The notes below the pieces were generated by a model, which saw only the letters and a program-made list of their open reading frames with translations, ran no database searches and had not been told where the DNA came from. A stretch of 64,000 nt of DNA from Lama guanicoe. Taxonomy: Eukaryota. The stretch lies in NCBI GenBank assembly GCA_013239625.1, contig MU056050.1, positions 4,907,366-4,971,365 on the forward strand. The letters run 5' to 3'. Of the stretch, positions 37,941 to 52,207 are shown piece after piece; position 1 is the stretch's first letter, and every line of letters starts with the position of its first letter. A program made the translations under genes and the position numbers.

Positions 37941-39394
37941 CTCTTGTTTTTAAGAGGACTTAGGCCTTTACTGTTGCCAAGACAGGAAGAGAGGGCCATT
38001 CTTATTTCAATCAAAGCAACTATGCTTTTGTCTATTTTATAATTGGGAGTTCTATAAAAAGTTTTCATTTTAAAACAGGATCTGGGTGCTGAAAGGTACT
38101 TTGCAAGCTATTCAACTAAAGGGTTCTAAAATTCCTTCCATCTTTGATGTTCTATGTGACTATTGTGACTTTTAACCTTGGAGCTTCTGACATCTATGAG
38201 ATATTCCTGCTCAGAAATATAATTGCAAGGCTTGCAAGAATTTTTAGTTAGCAATTCCATATAGTTTGTACAATGGGTCACATGCAACTCCTAGAGCTTT
38301 GCAATAATTATTAACTTTAATCATCATAGGAGCACTATGAATCAGAACTATTTTCATCCTAATTTTGCAGAAGATAATAGTGAGGGAAGAGGAATTAAGA
38401 AATGTTCCCAAAGCCTATGTGAATTACAGGATAGGGATTTGCACCCATTAAGGTGGCTTCACAGCTGCACCATGCTGTTTTTCCACACTAAAGAAGCCAA
38501 CTTTCCATATTAACAAATCTCTGCTAGTGCAGCTCATTTCTAGGCTTTTGAACTACTGGGCAAGGGACTCATCTATACTTTCTTAGTGACTGACTTTGGT
38601 GACTTCAAGGAGGTATTTTGAGATGGCTGGCAAGACGAAAGGTTACTCTTTCCGTCATTTTGTTTTCTCTTCTCTTCTAATGAAGGCAACCACTCCTGTA
38701 GGCAAGCTAGTGAATAGCAGTTACATAACCAATTAGCTGACAAGGGGACAGACCCACGACTTGGTGTTGACAACTCTATTTTAATAAAACTTGACATTTA
38801 ACCCTAGAGACCCATAATGGTAGCTTTCCCAGGACTAAGACAGTGTCTTTGTTGATGAACACAACGTGTTGAGATGGATATATAATTTTCTCAGGAATAT
38901 AATTTCACCATTGTCTATTTAAGCAACTCTTCTGGAGCTATATTTATCCATTCTCCAAAATCTACATATAAGTATGTTTATTTATAAAGTTCATGATCAC
39001 AGGCTTATGTTCACAATAAAGAACATTGTTTTACTGGTCAGATACTAATCTAGAATATGCTCACAATATTCTCTAGTCAACTCTTTAGTACCGAGGAGCT
39101 GGGTGAAATGGAGCATGCATGTCAAGTAGGTTTAAGTCCCTTCTGATTCAAAAATAAGGCAAATGGAATCAAGTGAGTGTCTAGTGATATCACTGGAGCT
39201 AGCTAAGTAATTTCAAGATGGATAATTGTCGTAGTTGAGTTTAGTTAAAAAGATGGGTAGAACACTTAAACTCTTTTTCGATGACTGAATATATTTCTAT
39301 CATTAATTACCTGTAGATTTTCAACCATTTGGCGAAGCTATATAGTTACTCTACTAAAAAGATGCCATGGTAAAAACAGCATATGTCATTCAAC

Positions 39395-39720
39395 ATATTT
39401 AAAAGATGATGTAAAGTTAGAGAACTCAGAGATGTAATTAAAATGATTCTGAAAATATTTCAAATTTCAGAAATTAAGACTCATGAGAATAGGTGGGAAG
39501 AACGAAGCTTATTTGGGCTGAAGCAGGGAACACAAAAGAGAAACTTAATAATGGGTTTCAAGTGTATGAGGATCTGTCATACAGAAAACACTATCTTCCA
39601 TCTCCATTGACAGCAGAGCAAAAATAAAAGGGCTAAAACAGTAAGATTATGGATTATCTCAAACAATTGAGGTACTGGTGTTAGTGATATGAAGTCAATT
39701 TCCTTAAGGAGGAATGAAGC
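39395..39720 (+). mobile_element. L3/CR1 LINE fragment
   Basis: catgagaataggtgggaagaacgaagcttatttgggctgaagcaggga..tttcaagtgtatgaggatctgtcat resembles the CR1 RT C-terminus. Confidence 0.6.
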
Positions 39721-41044
39721 ACAGTGAATAATAAAGTAAAGCAAATTTTAAATGTTGAAGGGTAGAATATTATTTTTAACTGTTCAGTAAAGGGAGGCTT
39801 TACTAAAGTACTAGAACATTTAAGAATCTGAGGATCTATTCTAGTAATAACATGAAATTTAAAATCTGTGGTACTCAGACTTACAGAGAAACTTAACTCA
39901 AAAGCTTAAAGGATCCTAGTATTGAGATTTCTGAGACCAAGAGAGTCTGTGCTATCACTTTGAGCTGCCATATGTAAGGCAAAGAGAGGCAACACATTTG
40001 TTCTTCATACGACTTAGAATGCACTCCAATAACTAGGCCATTTTCTCATTCAGACTGAAAGCTTCTCCACCATTTGTCATCTTATATACCCATTTGGTAA
40101 GACAGTAAGATAATGTTTTCGCATTTAGTAATTTCTCAAAATTTCCAAGCATCCTGGCATCCTGAGAGTCAATGGGAGCATTTATTTAATTCATAATCTC
40201 TAAATAATTATCTAAGGGAAAAATGTGCTTAGAGTATTTTAATTTAAAAGTATGCTAGAGATTTCACGTATGTTGTATATGTGTAGTATATGGGTCTGTG
40301 TGAGTGTTTGCCTATGCTAGTAGAAGATTGCTGGTTTTTGAAAATAAATACAATTTCTGACTCAGTAAAGAAATTACGTATCTATTGGATTTACTATGGT
40401 TGTAAAAAAAAAATTAAACCCAAGAGAACAGAACTTACAGTCGTTCATAAGTGCTACTTCCTACTGTTAAGTTAATGTTTTATGACATCATTAATGCAAC
40501 TTTTTCACTCCCATTGGAGAATTGTCCTTTATTCTCTCTTCTTGAATAAATAGCCTGAAACAATATAACTCTGATAACTGTTCTGGCTGCAAATCATATC
40601 TGCACCCTGTTGAGAAATATGGTCCAATTTAAATTAGTATTTCCAGTAAATATACAAAAACACTTTCCAAAACATCTTTTAGGGAAGCTACATCACCAAA
40701 TGATGTATTTTCTAAGTAAGGCAGACCAATTTGTATTCAAGTCATTTTGCTATCCCGTTAAACTTTACAGCATATGGCATTTTCTTCAAAAGTAATGGGA
40801 CAAAGGAAAAGAGATATACTGGAAAGAAAATAGTAACTACTTTCCTTTGTATTATATTTTTTGTTCCTTGGATTTTGTTTTGATGATAAAACAGACTTTT
40901 TTTTCTTTACCCCTTAAAGGATAAATATGGAGGCACATTTTGGATAATTTTGTGAATCTGCATGCAATGTTGATTCATTTGATTTCCACAGACAGAACAA
41001 ATGCTGAAACAGCAAGACATTTTATAGTTTATTATTGACAATGA

Positions 41045-41450
41045 TAATTCAACAAACATTTATTGACCTCCTATGGTTGCCAGCCTCTTGTTCTTATCAT
41101 TAGTTATACAGGGATGAAAGAGAGAGGCTGGGTCCCTGATCTCATAGAGCTTACCTTGTATAATGACAGGAGGTGGAGAGGTTAGAGGAAGCTACAAAAA
41201 TCTGAATACATCAGTAAGACATTTTAATAGTGAAAAATTTTATGAAAAGATTGAAATAAGGTAATTTAACAGAGATATCCTTGGGTGATGATAGAGGGGC
41301 TTTTTGAGAACAGGAGGCTTATCTGAGGATGTGATATTTGAAGATGGAACCAACCTCATGAATATACAGAGCCAGAGCTTTTCAAGTGGAAGAGACTGTA
41401 AGTACAGAGGCCGTGAAGGAGGAGTTAGCTTTGTTCAGTCAAGAAACTTA
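41045..41450 (-). mobile_element. L2 3' fragment
   Basis: attcaacaaacatttattgacctcctat..gtccctgatctcatagagcttac..ggaggcttatctgaggatgtgatatttga. Confidence 0.8.
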
Positions 41451-41464
41451 AGGATTCAACCAAT

Positions 41465-42085
41465 GACGTTGGGAAAACTGGATATCCAAATGCAACAAAC
41501 AAACAAAAAAATCAAGTTGGACCCTTATCATATGTAAAAACTAACTCAAAGTGGGTCAAAGACTTGAATATATGAGCTAAACCTATACAAAACATAGAAG
41601 AGAACACAGAAGGGGAGGGCTGCATGACATTGGATTTTGCCGTGGTTTCTTGGGTATGACACCAAAGCATAGGCAGAAAAAGAAAAAAATAGATAAATTA
41701 GACTTTATCCAAATTAAAAGCTTTTTGTACATTGATGGACACTAGGACTGAGTGAAAAGGCAACCCATGGAATGGGAACAATGTGAAATATCTGATCAAG
41801 GATTAATGTACAAAATAAAAAACTACAACTCAACAATAGCAACAACAACAAAACAATCCAACCAAAAAATGAGTCAAAAAAGTTTTTCCAAAGAAGATAC
41901 AGAAATGGTCGATAAGCACATTAAAAAAGAGATGCTCAACATCACTAATCACTAAGGAAATGCAAATCAAAACCAGAGTGAGATGAAGTACCCAGAAAAG
42001 TCAAACTCAAGAGACAGAAGGTCAGTTGCTAAAGCCTGGAAGGTAGTAAGGAAATTTTAGTTGGATGACTACAGTTTTCTAAGTG
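41465..42085 (+). mobile_element. Old L1M ORF2 fragment
   Basis: ttgggaaaactggatatcca..aagttggacccttatc; MKRQPMEWE peptide (41752..41955). Confidence 0.85.
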
Positions 42086-43404
42086 AAAAGGTAAATGATA
42101 TATTTTTGTGTTAAGTAACTAAGAACAATCTGGAATGTCATTTATCAATTTATCCAAAACCACCTTGCTTATATTTAAATTTGCATATTATAAAATGCTT
42201 TAATTGGTGACTGTTAATTGCCTTAAATGTTTTAAATCTCACAATCTTTTTTTTCTAACAATTATTCTTCAATTCATTAGAAATTCAAATTCTAACAATT
42301 ATAATTCTTCCAAAAACTCTTCAATTAATATTAAATAATTGAAGTTATATAATTTCATAAATAAGTTTACCTATTTACACACACTATGCTTCTCATTCGT
42401 TCATTCAAGCATGTTTGACTACTGTAATCAGGGTCAGACACGTAACAGGCACCCCAAAACACTGAACCTGAGTCTAAAGTACTAAGAATCTCTTCTTTTG
42501 TTTACCTACAAAATATTATTATAAACCTAAGGAAAAAGTTGTTTTAGTATTTTAGTTAATATGGAACATGGCAGCCTGAGAATGATACCAAGTCCATAAG
42601 TAGCATGACTTGTGCTCTGAACAATATTCTGAAGTCACAATCAACTGAATCTAGAGCCAGCAGCGTATTTCTCCTTAGTCAGAATATTTTATTATCTAAA
42701 AACTGATTATATACACATACATATGTGTATATATATCTTTTAAGTGAACCGATAACACCCTGCAAGTTTCTGCTCAATTTTACAGTCGAATATAAAGCAA
42801 CTCATTGCTGTTTCTCAAGAAATTAATCCACATGCTTTTGGTGTTTTCCAGAATGCTGTGTAACTACAAAAATGGTGGTGTTGATTCACAAGGCACAAAT
42901 AACTTTTAAATAAGCTTTTTGGGGAAAAAAGTCTTTGCTGAAAATCAGTATGCCAGACCTAAAGTGCAACTGGTCATTACAACATATGGTGTCAAATATT
43001 TAGTATTTCATTGTTTGAAATATTGAGGTACTATATTTCTGTTAAGTTACTAAAGGGGTGAGGAGGAAGTGGGGTTGGGGGAAGGCACTGGCACTCAGGA
43101 AGGAGATATTCTGATGATAAGACAGAAACAATTTAGGGGATGGCTTTTCAAAATAAAACATCATTTTGTTTTGAAAATGTCAAGGTGAGGAAAAGCAACA
43201 GTTCTGGCCTTTTTAATTACATGAGAATGTCAGCCTGGCATATATTTGTAGTTCCTTTCTTTCTCATTACAGATAAAAATATTTTGCTCATTAGAAACAC
43301 TGAGCAATCGTTGGTTTCTTAGATGTCAACTTACAGGTGTATTTTTCCCCCATTTTCCAGTGGTAAAATGGCTTTACACTTTATAAGAAAAAAATTTTTT
43401 TTAA

Positions 43405-43760
43405 ATTACAGAGCAAGATGGCAGAATAGGAATCCACATACTCTCCTTCCTCCCCCCAGGGACCCCAACTGAACAAAACACAAAAAACTCCCTCTGTGAG
43501 AAATGCAGAAACAGGTTATTTAACTTCTGCACCCCATGCTGCATTAAAACCTATGGGAAAATTCATGGTACTCACTTGCCGTGTTCCCTCCCCCCAGCGC
43601 AGTATGGTACAATTGAAAGGAAACTCCCAGCTCCTAGCCTCTCTCTGGTCAGGGAAAGAGAAGACTGGTTTGTATGTAAAGTGTTATAGCTTTTCAGGGC
43701 TGTTTGAGTGGCTCTTGATAAATACTAAAACTTTGATTCTCAGTAGTTCTGGAGCAGTAT
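43405..43760 (+). mobile_element. Old L1M 5'UTR fragment
   Basis: gagcaagatggcagaataggaatcc..tccctcccccagcgcagtatgg..aaactcccagctcc. Confidence 0.7.
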
Positions 43761-44779
43761 TTCCTCACAGTAGTACTGTATAAGTAGGCCAATTTTCCGG
43801 ACATATCAGTAAAAGGAAAAGAAGACTTTGGATATTTGAAGAATACTAAGAAATTGGACTTCTGAAGTTACTATTTGTTATCCACAACTCTGCCTGCATA
43901 ATGAAACCTGATAAACTATTTTGATCCCTTATATCCTCCCATAAACTTTCTCCCCTATTCCTCAGTACTTGAATGGTAATGCGGAATTTTGGTGGTAAAG
44001 ATAAGCTTTCTCTGTCCCTTCCTTAATTTCTTCTTTCTTTTGTGTGAGATACATCTTCTACTAGTATTATATATGGTTGTATTATGTAAGTGAAAAATCA
44101 ATTATATTTTACTTTTTAAGTCTATAGACCCTATGGCAGAGGATGGTACTCGCTGGAACTGAGCCTGTGTTTGCTAAACAATAAATATGCGTGGTCTAGA
44201 GATGTTTGCTGTGATGAAGTGTAAGTAAAAAGGGGGAAATAAGGTGGTATTATTTCGATAGTAGTAGCTTGCCACCTTTAAAGCCTACTGGAACTTCTGC
44301 AAATGTATAATTTAAATGTTACTAGACTTCCAGTGATGTCTGGTGCTGTGAGTTCTGTCTGATGTGGCTTCACTCCCCCTGGTCTCTATGACAGAACCTC
44401 TGAGACCATGGTAGAGCAGAGAACCTAGCAAATAATCCAGTTGTCCAAAGCCCAGGAATTAATTCTCTGTCACATCTTCTCTTGAATTAAGACAAACCAA
44501 CTTAATGATCAATTTCAAACTGGGTTTAAAAAATTATTATATAATGCATAACAAAACCAGTTTATTCACAGCAAAACTTATCATCATTTGATGCTACGTT
44601 TAGATAAGATACTTTGATGAGACTAAAGTGAATTATCTAGTCTTTGATTTAAACACATTTTAAAAAATCTGTAAATATCTTGTCTTAAAATACTAGGTTA
44701 ACTGCTTTCTCCTTCTAGATTTCCAGAGTAAGCTGGCCTTCACCACAGTGATAGTTCCAGTGTGTTAGATAAAGGCTGG

Positions 44780-44930
44780 ACTCAGAGATCATTTAGTCTA
44801 TTACCCCAAATTTTACAGATGAAGAAATTAGAACTACCTAAAGCATTCAAAGTCATGTAGCCGATCAGTGGCAGAAAAGTAGGAAACCAGGTCTCCCATC
44901 TTCCAGTTCAAAGGCCTTTCCATTATCCTT
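44780..44930 (-). mobile_element. MIR3-like fragment
   Basis: agagatcatttagtcta..attttacagatgaagaaatta..aaaccaggtctccc. Confidence 0.7.
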
Positions 44931-45049
44931 GCATTTCTATCCCTCCACACATCACAAGTTTGTTAGTGGTGTACTTTCATCCCTTGGTCACTTTCTAATC
45001 TCAGTGGGAATGAGTAGTGATGGATTAATTAGATAAAGGAATTCCTACC

Positions 45050-48000
45050 AATGGATGTCTTATTCATGCATCAGTTTGCAGTGTTGGTTTTTAGGCCTCT
45101 GAGACACAAAGTCAAATAGAGTCTAAACCTGATTGCCATAGAGAAACTCAGAGTTCTAGTGGGGGAAACAGGTAATTACAGTAATGTGATAAGTGCTATA
45201 ATGAATGTTTTATGAGGTGCTGAGGGAGAAGAAAGGAGAAAGCTCTCTACCACCTGTTTTGGAGAGAGGGGGCATATGGGTAGGGAAATTCACAGAGGAA
45301 CTGATTCTTGGATTGAAGTTAGATTACTCCCACTAACTTATGCATCCAGCATCATACCTTTTGTGTGTATGTGTGCAGGGTACAGAAATGCAACTCCTAA
45401 GTCCACCATTTCCTAGGCCAAAAGACAAAACTATTTTGATCACTAGAACTGGGTTCCACCCTTCTCAAAGAGAGTCATCTTTTCTTGGATTATCTCCATC
45501 TTTGAGAGGGGTATTTTCCCAAACTGTTTCCACTCTGGCTGGAATAAGCATTGCTCTTCTGTATGCTCACAGTACTCTGCCTCTCTCCATCAATATACTT
45601 ATGTTAGTGCACTGTGGTTGGCAGGTATAGCCCATATTCCCCATTCATCTGTTAGTTCAGTGAGGTACTATATCACTAGCAGGTGCCTGGCATGTACTGG
45701 GTGTCTGTTGCTGAATGAATGAATGAAATATTCTCTAATCCTCAAAATGTTGGTCCCTTTCTTACCGTACTCAATAATTCATGAATTCATTCAATAAATA
45801 TTTTTGAGCAACTACTCTTTGTCAAGCCTTCTGCTAGATGTTGGGGCCACAAAAGTAGAAAAAGACCCTTCTCTTCCCTTGCACCATTCACTGCCTAGTG
45901 GAGGAGATAGGCAAACTAACAGGTCATTGTCGGTAAGTGCCAAGAAAGGGAAAGTAAAAAATTCCCTAGGGACACAGAAAATTAGAGGACTGAAGAGCAT
46001 TCCAGGCAGAGGGAAGAGCATGTTCAAAAGCCTTAGGGCAAGACAATACGGTATCTTTGAACAACTGAAAAAATTTAGTTGGGCTGGAGCAGGAAATCTG
46101 TAGGTTTGAGATCTGCTGCTAGTCAGAACTGTCAGCGTTGGAAACAAAAAGCCTTGGGTGTGTCAAGCTCTCTGACAACTGAGACAAGCCCTCTAACCAC
46201 TAGGCCCACAGACTGTGTCCTCAGAGAGCTCACAGAAACTCGATGCACCTTTGTCTAACCCTGTCTTCATTCAACATCTAAAGCTAAATCCTCCTGGCCA
46301 TTTAAGCCTCTCTGACACCATCATAACCCAACCACTCCTAATCTTTCCTCCACTTTTCACACCATTCCGATGTGCCTTCCAGAACTTCTGCCGTGTAACC
46401 TGCAGCTTTTTCTTTTTCTTTTTTTTCTTTTTTTTGTTTTACCACTTCTCCAAGGGTACCCTCCATGAATGAAACCAGGCTCACCCCTTATAGTTAGGCT
46501 CCCTGACCCTATAACTGTCTTGAATTTTTATGGTTCCCTCTCATCCTCTGTATACCTCTGGAGGTTGGGTATTTCCCTTGATCCCTTTGATATTTTGAGA
46601 CCTAAAGGCTCCAAACATCTTGATAAAGGAAAAATAGAACAACAACAAACTCTGCTCCTTTGAGACACGTGTTACCTAGTTCCCCACATCCTTCCTCTGC
46701 CCACATTGCGTTTAGTAATGACTTTATTATATAGCTTACAGTTTTTCCTCCATTTCTATTTCAGACAGTATTAATGATGACTTCCAAGCATCTCAGTTCC
46801 ATGACCTCCTTATCTTCATTGAGTTCTCAATTTTTTTTTGCCAGCCCATTCTCACCACCACATCTTGAGCTTTATCCCTATAACTGCCACCCCCAAAATC
46901 ACTGATTTCTGACCCAAACTTCACTTTCATGGCCCACAATCCATTGATCCCTCCACTCTACCATTCCAGGATACTTATTTTTTACCCACTTTCTTCCATA
47001 TCCAGCTTTGATTCCATGGTTCATACTTTTAATAACACTCTTACCAAAACTCCAAACTCACTCACTTTCTGTCTTTCATTCACACCATTTGACAGAGTAC
47101 TAAACTGGATGAGCATTGATACTTACATTTTATATACCTGCATCTTAGTATCACCACTTGAGAAATCTACCAAAGGGGGAAGATAGATATCTGTAAATTT
47201 ATGGTCACCACTCTTCCTTTCACAGCCAAACTTCACAAAAGAGGAAAATGCCTTCATTTCCTCAAGTTCCATCAATTATTTGGTTTGTCCAATCTGGATT
47301 CTACCAAACATATTTTGCTTAATATCACCAATGACTTCTAGGTCACTAAGTAAATAGACAGTTTTTAAAATTTATTTATTTATTATTTTATTTATTTATT
47401 GGTCCTCAACTTACTTGACCTTTCAGCAACATTTGATATTGTTGTACATTCATTCTTTCTTGAAACATTTTCTTCTTTGGTTTCTAAGACACAATACTCT
47501 CTTGGTTTTCTTCTTACTTATATGGTTGTTCCATCTCTGTTTTCCAGACTCATCCCTGGCTACCTGAAACTTAACAGGTATTGTTCCTCAAGCCTTGATT
47601 TTTTTTTCCCCTTTTCTCTTCTCATGCCCCGTTCTCTTCAAAAATAATCTAATCTATGCCCTAAGACTTCAGTGATGGCAAATGAATGCAATCTCAACCC
47701 TCTTCTTTGAGTTACAGACAGTATATCCAACTGCCTTCTTAGCACCACCTCTTGCCATCTCAAACGCAAAGTAATACCACATCAAATTAATGGTGTCTAC
47801 CATCTGAAGGTCTCCAGTTCCCTTTCCAATATTCCCTATCTGGTGAATGGCATGTCCAACTATTTTGTAATGCCAACCCAGAAAACTGACCATCTTTCTT
47901 GACCCTTTCTTCTCATTTAGCCTCAGTATCTCATCAATTATCAAGTCTTGGGAATTTTTCTACACCTCTAGAATGCCTACTAAGACCTGCAGATTTTACC

Positions 48001-49185
48001 TTTCTGTATCTCTATAATCTGTCATCTTCTTAGCCCAAGCTACCATTCTCTCTTTCCCAGATTATTTATGTAATTTGTTAATTGATCTGCTTGGTTACAC
48101 TTTGTCCTAATTTGGGAAATGTTATGGAGTTAATACCAGCATGATTTAGTGATTGGATGCAGAGAGATGGAGGAAAGACGAGTCCTAGATGATGTTTTTT
48201 ATTTCAATGACTGGATAGGTGATATTTCTAGTCATTGAGATAAAGAACACAGTAAGAGGATGAGTTTTGGGAGTTCAAAAGTAATCTGTGTGTTGGTGGT
48301 GATTGAAGACATAGGGTTGGATGAGATCACCTAGAGCATGTAATAAAAGAAATGGAAGAAAAGCCAAAGCTTGGGATATAGGACTACTATTTTCAGTAAC
48401 ATGTTATTCTAACTTTTAATAACACTTAAGGAGAAAAACAATGCTAGACATTTCTATCACTAGGTATTCTGTGAGATATAGATTCTTGAGATGAGTTTTT
48501 TGGTTAAATGACTTAGATAAGTGCTAGTTTAATGTTTATCTTTTCTGTTTAACTGCAGACTGTAGGAGGACAGTGTCATAACTAGGAAAAAATCCAACAG
48601 TGTAACTGATTTTACTTAAAAAATTGTTAGGTTTTAATTTCAAATGAACCTGACAATTCTATTTTCCTAGTCAATTGTTTTTCTCACTTTTCGGGATAAC
48701 TTATCTCACCTCAAATGTCTATCATTTCCTCCAACTCTCTTCAACTTCAGATGATGAAATTAATTCTCATTTTACAGGGAAATTGAGTTAATAAGGAGAG
48801 AACTATCCAACAATCTCAACTTTAAATCTACCAAACTACTTTCTTCTATGCCCCATTTACAATTTTATCATGTTACTGTGGATGAACTATCCTTGCATCT
48901 TGATAAAGACAGTTATTCCATTATGCACTAGATCCTACCCGTCTCATCTATATGAAGTTTTTCTCTCAGTTTCTCTTTTCCCACTCTATAATAAATTGCT
49001 CCCCTTCTGCTTCATTGCCAGTGGCCGATAGGCATGCCATAATACCTCCTTCCTTAATAAATTATTTGCTTCATCCTATCCATTACTCCAGCTACCAACC
49101 ACTTTTCTCTGCTCCTTTTTAGAGAAAATATCTTTGAACAAATTATCTACATATGTACTCTTACTTTTCATCCTCCCATTCTTAC
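45050..49185. mobile_element. Cluster of L2 fragments in both orientations (longest on + at ~46700-48105)
   Basis: L2 hallmarks: tgctgaatgaatgaatgaa, ttacttgacctttcagcaacatttgat, tatatccaactgcc, ttcttgaccctttcttctc; antisense L2 at ~45780-46150 and ~48110-48360. Confidence 0.8.
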
Positions 49186-49239
49186 TCTCTGTGTATATAT
49201 GTATATATATGCATATATACGTATATTTATACACACACA

Positions 49240-50420
49240 CACAGAATAGATAATAAAACATAAAGACACAGTTTAACAAATATTTACAAAGTAATAACTA
49301 ATGTAATCACAGCCCAGGTAAACAAACTAGAATTTTCCAGTACCCCAGAGCTGCTTCCCTGTCTTCCAATATCTGGTCCTTCCTTATTGAAATATCACTC
49401 CTACCTAGAGGTGTATCATTCTCCTGAGTTTTATGAGAATAATCTCTTTGCTATACATTATAGTATTTCTACATATGTTGTATCCCTAAATAATATGGTT
49501 TTCCTTTGCCCGTTTTGAAAATATAAATGGAAATTCACTGTATTCTTTTTCTTCTTTTGTTTGATATTTTCTTTGTGAAATTAATCCATGACAGCATTTT
49601 AGTTCATTCTTATTGCTGTATAGTATTCCACTGTATGAGTATACCAAAATTAATTTATCTATTTTCTTGTTAATGAATGTGGGATTATTCCCATCATCCA
49701 ATTATTATAAATAATAATTCTTGTACATGTATCCAGGTACACATGTTCATGAGTTTCTCTGAGGTATAACATAATTAGGAATGGACTTGTAGGTCATACA
49801 TGTCTGTATCTTAAAATTTATCAGATGATGTCAGTTTTCTAAAGTGTTTGTACCAAATTGTACTTTCATCAGAACTATACAGTAGTTCCCATTGGTCTAC
49901 ATTCTTACCAACATTTCATATTTAATATTGTCAATCTCTTTAATTTCTTTCAGTTTGGTGGCTGAGTTATAATGTTTGATTTTAATTTAAAATTCATTTA
50001 TATGAATTTTTAAAGTTGAACATCTTTTCATGTATTATTGGGGGCCATGTAGTTGTCTTCTGTGAAACACCTGTTCAGGTATCTTGGTGATATTCTTATT
50101 TGTATTACTTCTTTATATATTCTGCATACTAATCCTTACTGGTTTTACATTTAAAAATACCTTCTACCATTTGGTGACTTATTTTTCACTCTCACTTAGA
50201 CGTCATCTCATTAAATAAACAAAAATTATTAGTTTTGTTATAGTTGACTTTTTTTAATTAGTCAGAATTGGTTTTCAGTATATTATGTGAAATTTGAACT
50301 AATTTAATTTTTCCATGTAAATACTCAGTTTTCACAGCACTAATTATTAATATTTTTAGAACTACTACTCTGCAGTGCCATATCTATAGTATCTATTATG
50401 CTTTATTGGTTTATTTTTCT
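49240..50420 (-). mobile_element. Old L1ME 3' end / ORF2 fragment
   Basis: tagttcattcttattgctgtatagtattccactgtatgagtatacc..gtagttcccattggtctacattcttaccaacatt. Confidence 0.8.
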
Positions 50421-51004
50421 ATTCTGTGAGGAGGGGCTTTTTTTTTAAACTGTTGAATCATTAGTGACTGAAAATTTTCTTAATGTTTCATAGACATTCA
50501 GTAAATTTTTGTTGAATTAATAAACAAATGAAAGAAGATGATCTACTGATAAAATTAGGAATCATATAATTGCATATTTATCACAAGTCAGTTATCCCAG
50601 GGAAGATTGACTAGAAAATGTAACTATTATACCTACACCATTACAATTTGATATCTACTGTTTATATACTGAAGAAATAATTGGCATTGATAAATTACAT
50701 TCTTAAGGCAACAGCAAAGTGTATCATCCATGTTAATTAACCTCATATTATCAAAGAACAGAGCATCCACATTAGGAGAATTAGATGCAGACTGGGCATA
50801 TGCTAGAGTCCATATACATGTTGACCAATCCTTAACCAAATTGTTTGGGAAAATTTTGATTCTGGACCTGAAAACAATAAGGCCCATGAAATAAATTCTT
50901 AATGTACTTATTGGACATTTAGAACCTGAAAGTTTACCAAATTTACTCTTTTCATTTCACAGTTGAGGAAAGCAGACAGGAGGACAAAATTATTTAAACA
51001 TAGC

Positions 51005-51110
51005 TTTCTTTTTCTCCTCTTCCTCCTCCTTGCCCTCCTTTTCCTCCTCCTCCTCTTTGTCTTCCTCCTCCTCCTCTTTCTCTTCCTCCTCTTCTCCGTA
51101 TCCTTCTTCT
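51005..51110. repeat. (CCT)n-rich pyrimidine tract
   Basis: Direct inspection. Confidence 0.9.
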
Positions 51111-51650
51111 ATCTTTTAATTACTGTATTACTACTTGTAATAATGTGATTTCTAACAGATTGCCCTTGAAGTCTGTAAACTGCTGCATATGTATTTTTAA
51201 ATACATTTCAGAGGCTCTAGACCTACATGGATATATACCTAGTCTATTACATAGTAATTCTAATGCAGTATTTTAAAATTAAAATCTCGTTATAAAATAT
51301 CAGCCACAGCTTCCTGTATTCATATTGCAACTTTTAATGCTATTATACTTACCTCATGGCCAGTCTGCATCTCCTCTCCTTATAAAATTTTAGCGTGTCA
51401 TTTGTTAACACTTTTTGCTTATAGTGTAATCTCTTCCCGGATGCAGTACTAATTGTATTTTTGGATTAACTTTGCATTCTAGTTTAATTGGCTCTACTTT
51501 AATTTGTTTGAAATCTCTTAACAATTTAAAGCTTCTTTTCAAAATTTTAAAAGGAGGAAATAAAGAAGTACTCTTGTCCAAAGTTGGCATTCAGTGACTT
51601 GGTATCGTATTTAAAAACTTGGCTCCTTATAGTGAGGTAGAAAAGTTGTT

Positions 51651-51766
51651 TTATACCTTCTTTAAAAAAATGGAAACAACTATATATATATGTATATGCA
51701 TGACTGGGATATTGTGCTGTATACCAGAGAAAGATACATTGTAATTGACTGTACTTCAATAAAAAA
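51651..51766 (+). mobile_element. Short camelid L1 3'-tail insertion
   Basis: tatgcatgactgggatattgtgctgtataccaga..cattgtaattgactgtacttcaat then poly-A; TSD aaaagttgtt (51641-51650) / aaaacttgtt (51767-51776). Confidence 0.85.
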
Positions 51767-52207
51767 AAAACTTGTTAAATATGAGAGAGCATAGTGGGAA
51801 ATAACAGAAAAAACTTGTCTCTCCCTCTCTCCATCTCTTTCTCATTCTCCAATAACAAAAGCATCATATAGGAATTAAGTGTAGAAAGAGTTCATTGATC
51901 CTTTACTTCTCTTGTTTTTAATGTTTTGTAATGCTGTTTCAAAATCTATGGTGTTAGGCCCTAAACAATACCTTCTTGGTCTGCATGCATATGTTAATTA
52001 ATATTGTGCAGTATTTTTTAAAGTTTCTAACAACAAAGCATCTTCCTCAAACCCCACCCCTTTGTCCTCTTCTCAGTGACATCATTTGAAATTGTGCTGT
52101 TCCATTTTGTTGTCTCTCATTTCTATGTCTTCATTATTGGAGTCTAAAATATTGAATTTGGATGGTGTAATGGTCCACTTTCTAGTTGAGTTCAGAAATC
52201 CTACTTA

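Noticed and set aside
44365..44385. CTCF-like motif (minus AGACCAGGGGGAGTG)
   Set aside because: Lacks the leading CC of the core; too weak without a PWM score.
51633..51660. let-7/miR-98-like TGAGGTAG..AGTTGT with a small hairpin
   Set aside because: No ~70-nt precursor stem, several mismatches to let-7 family members, and it straddles an L1 insertion junction.
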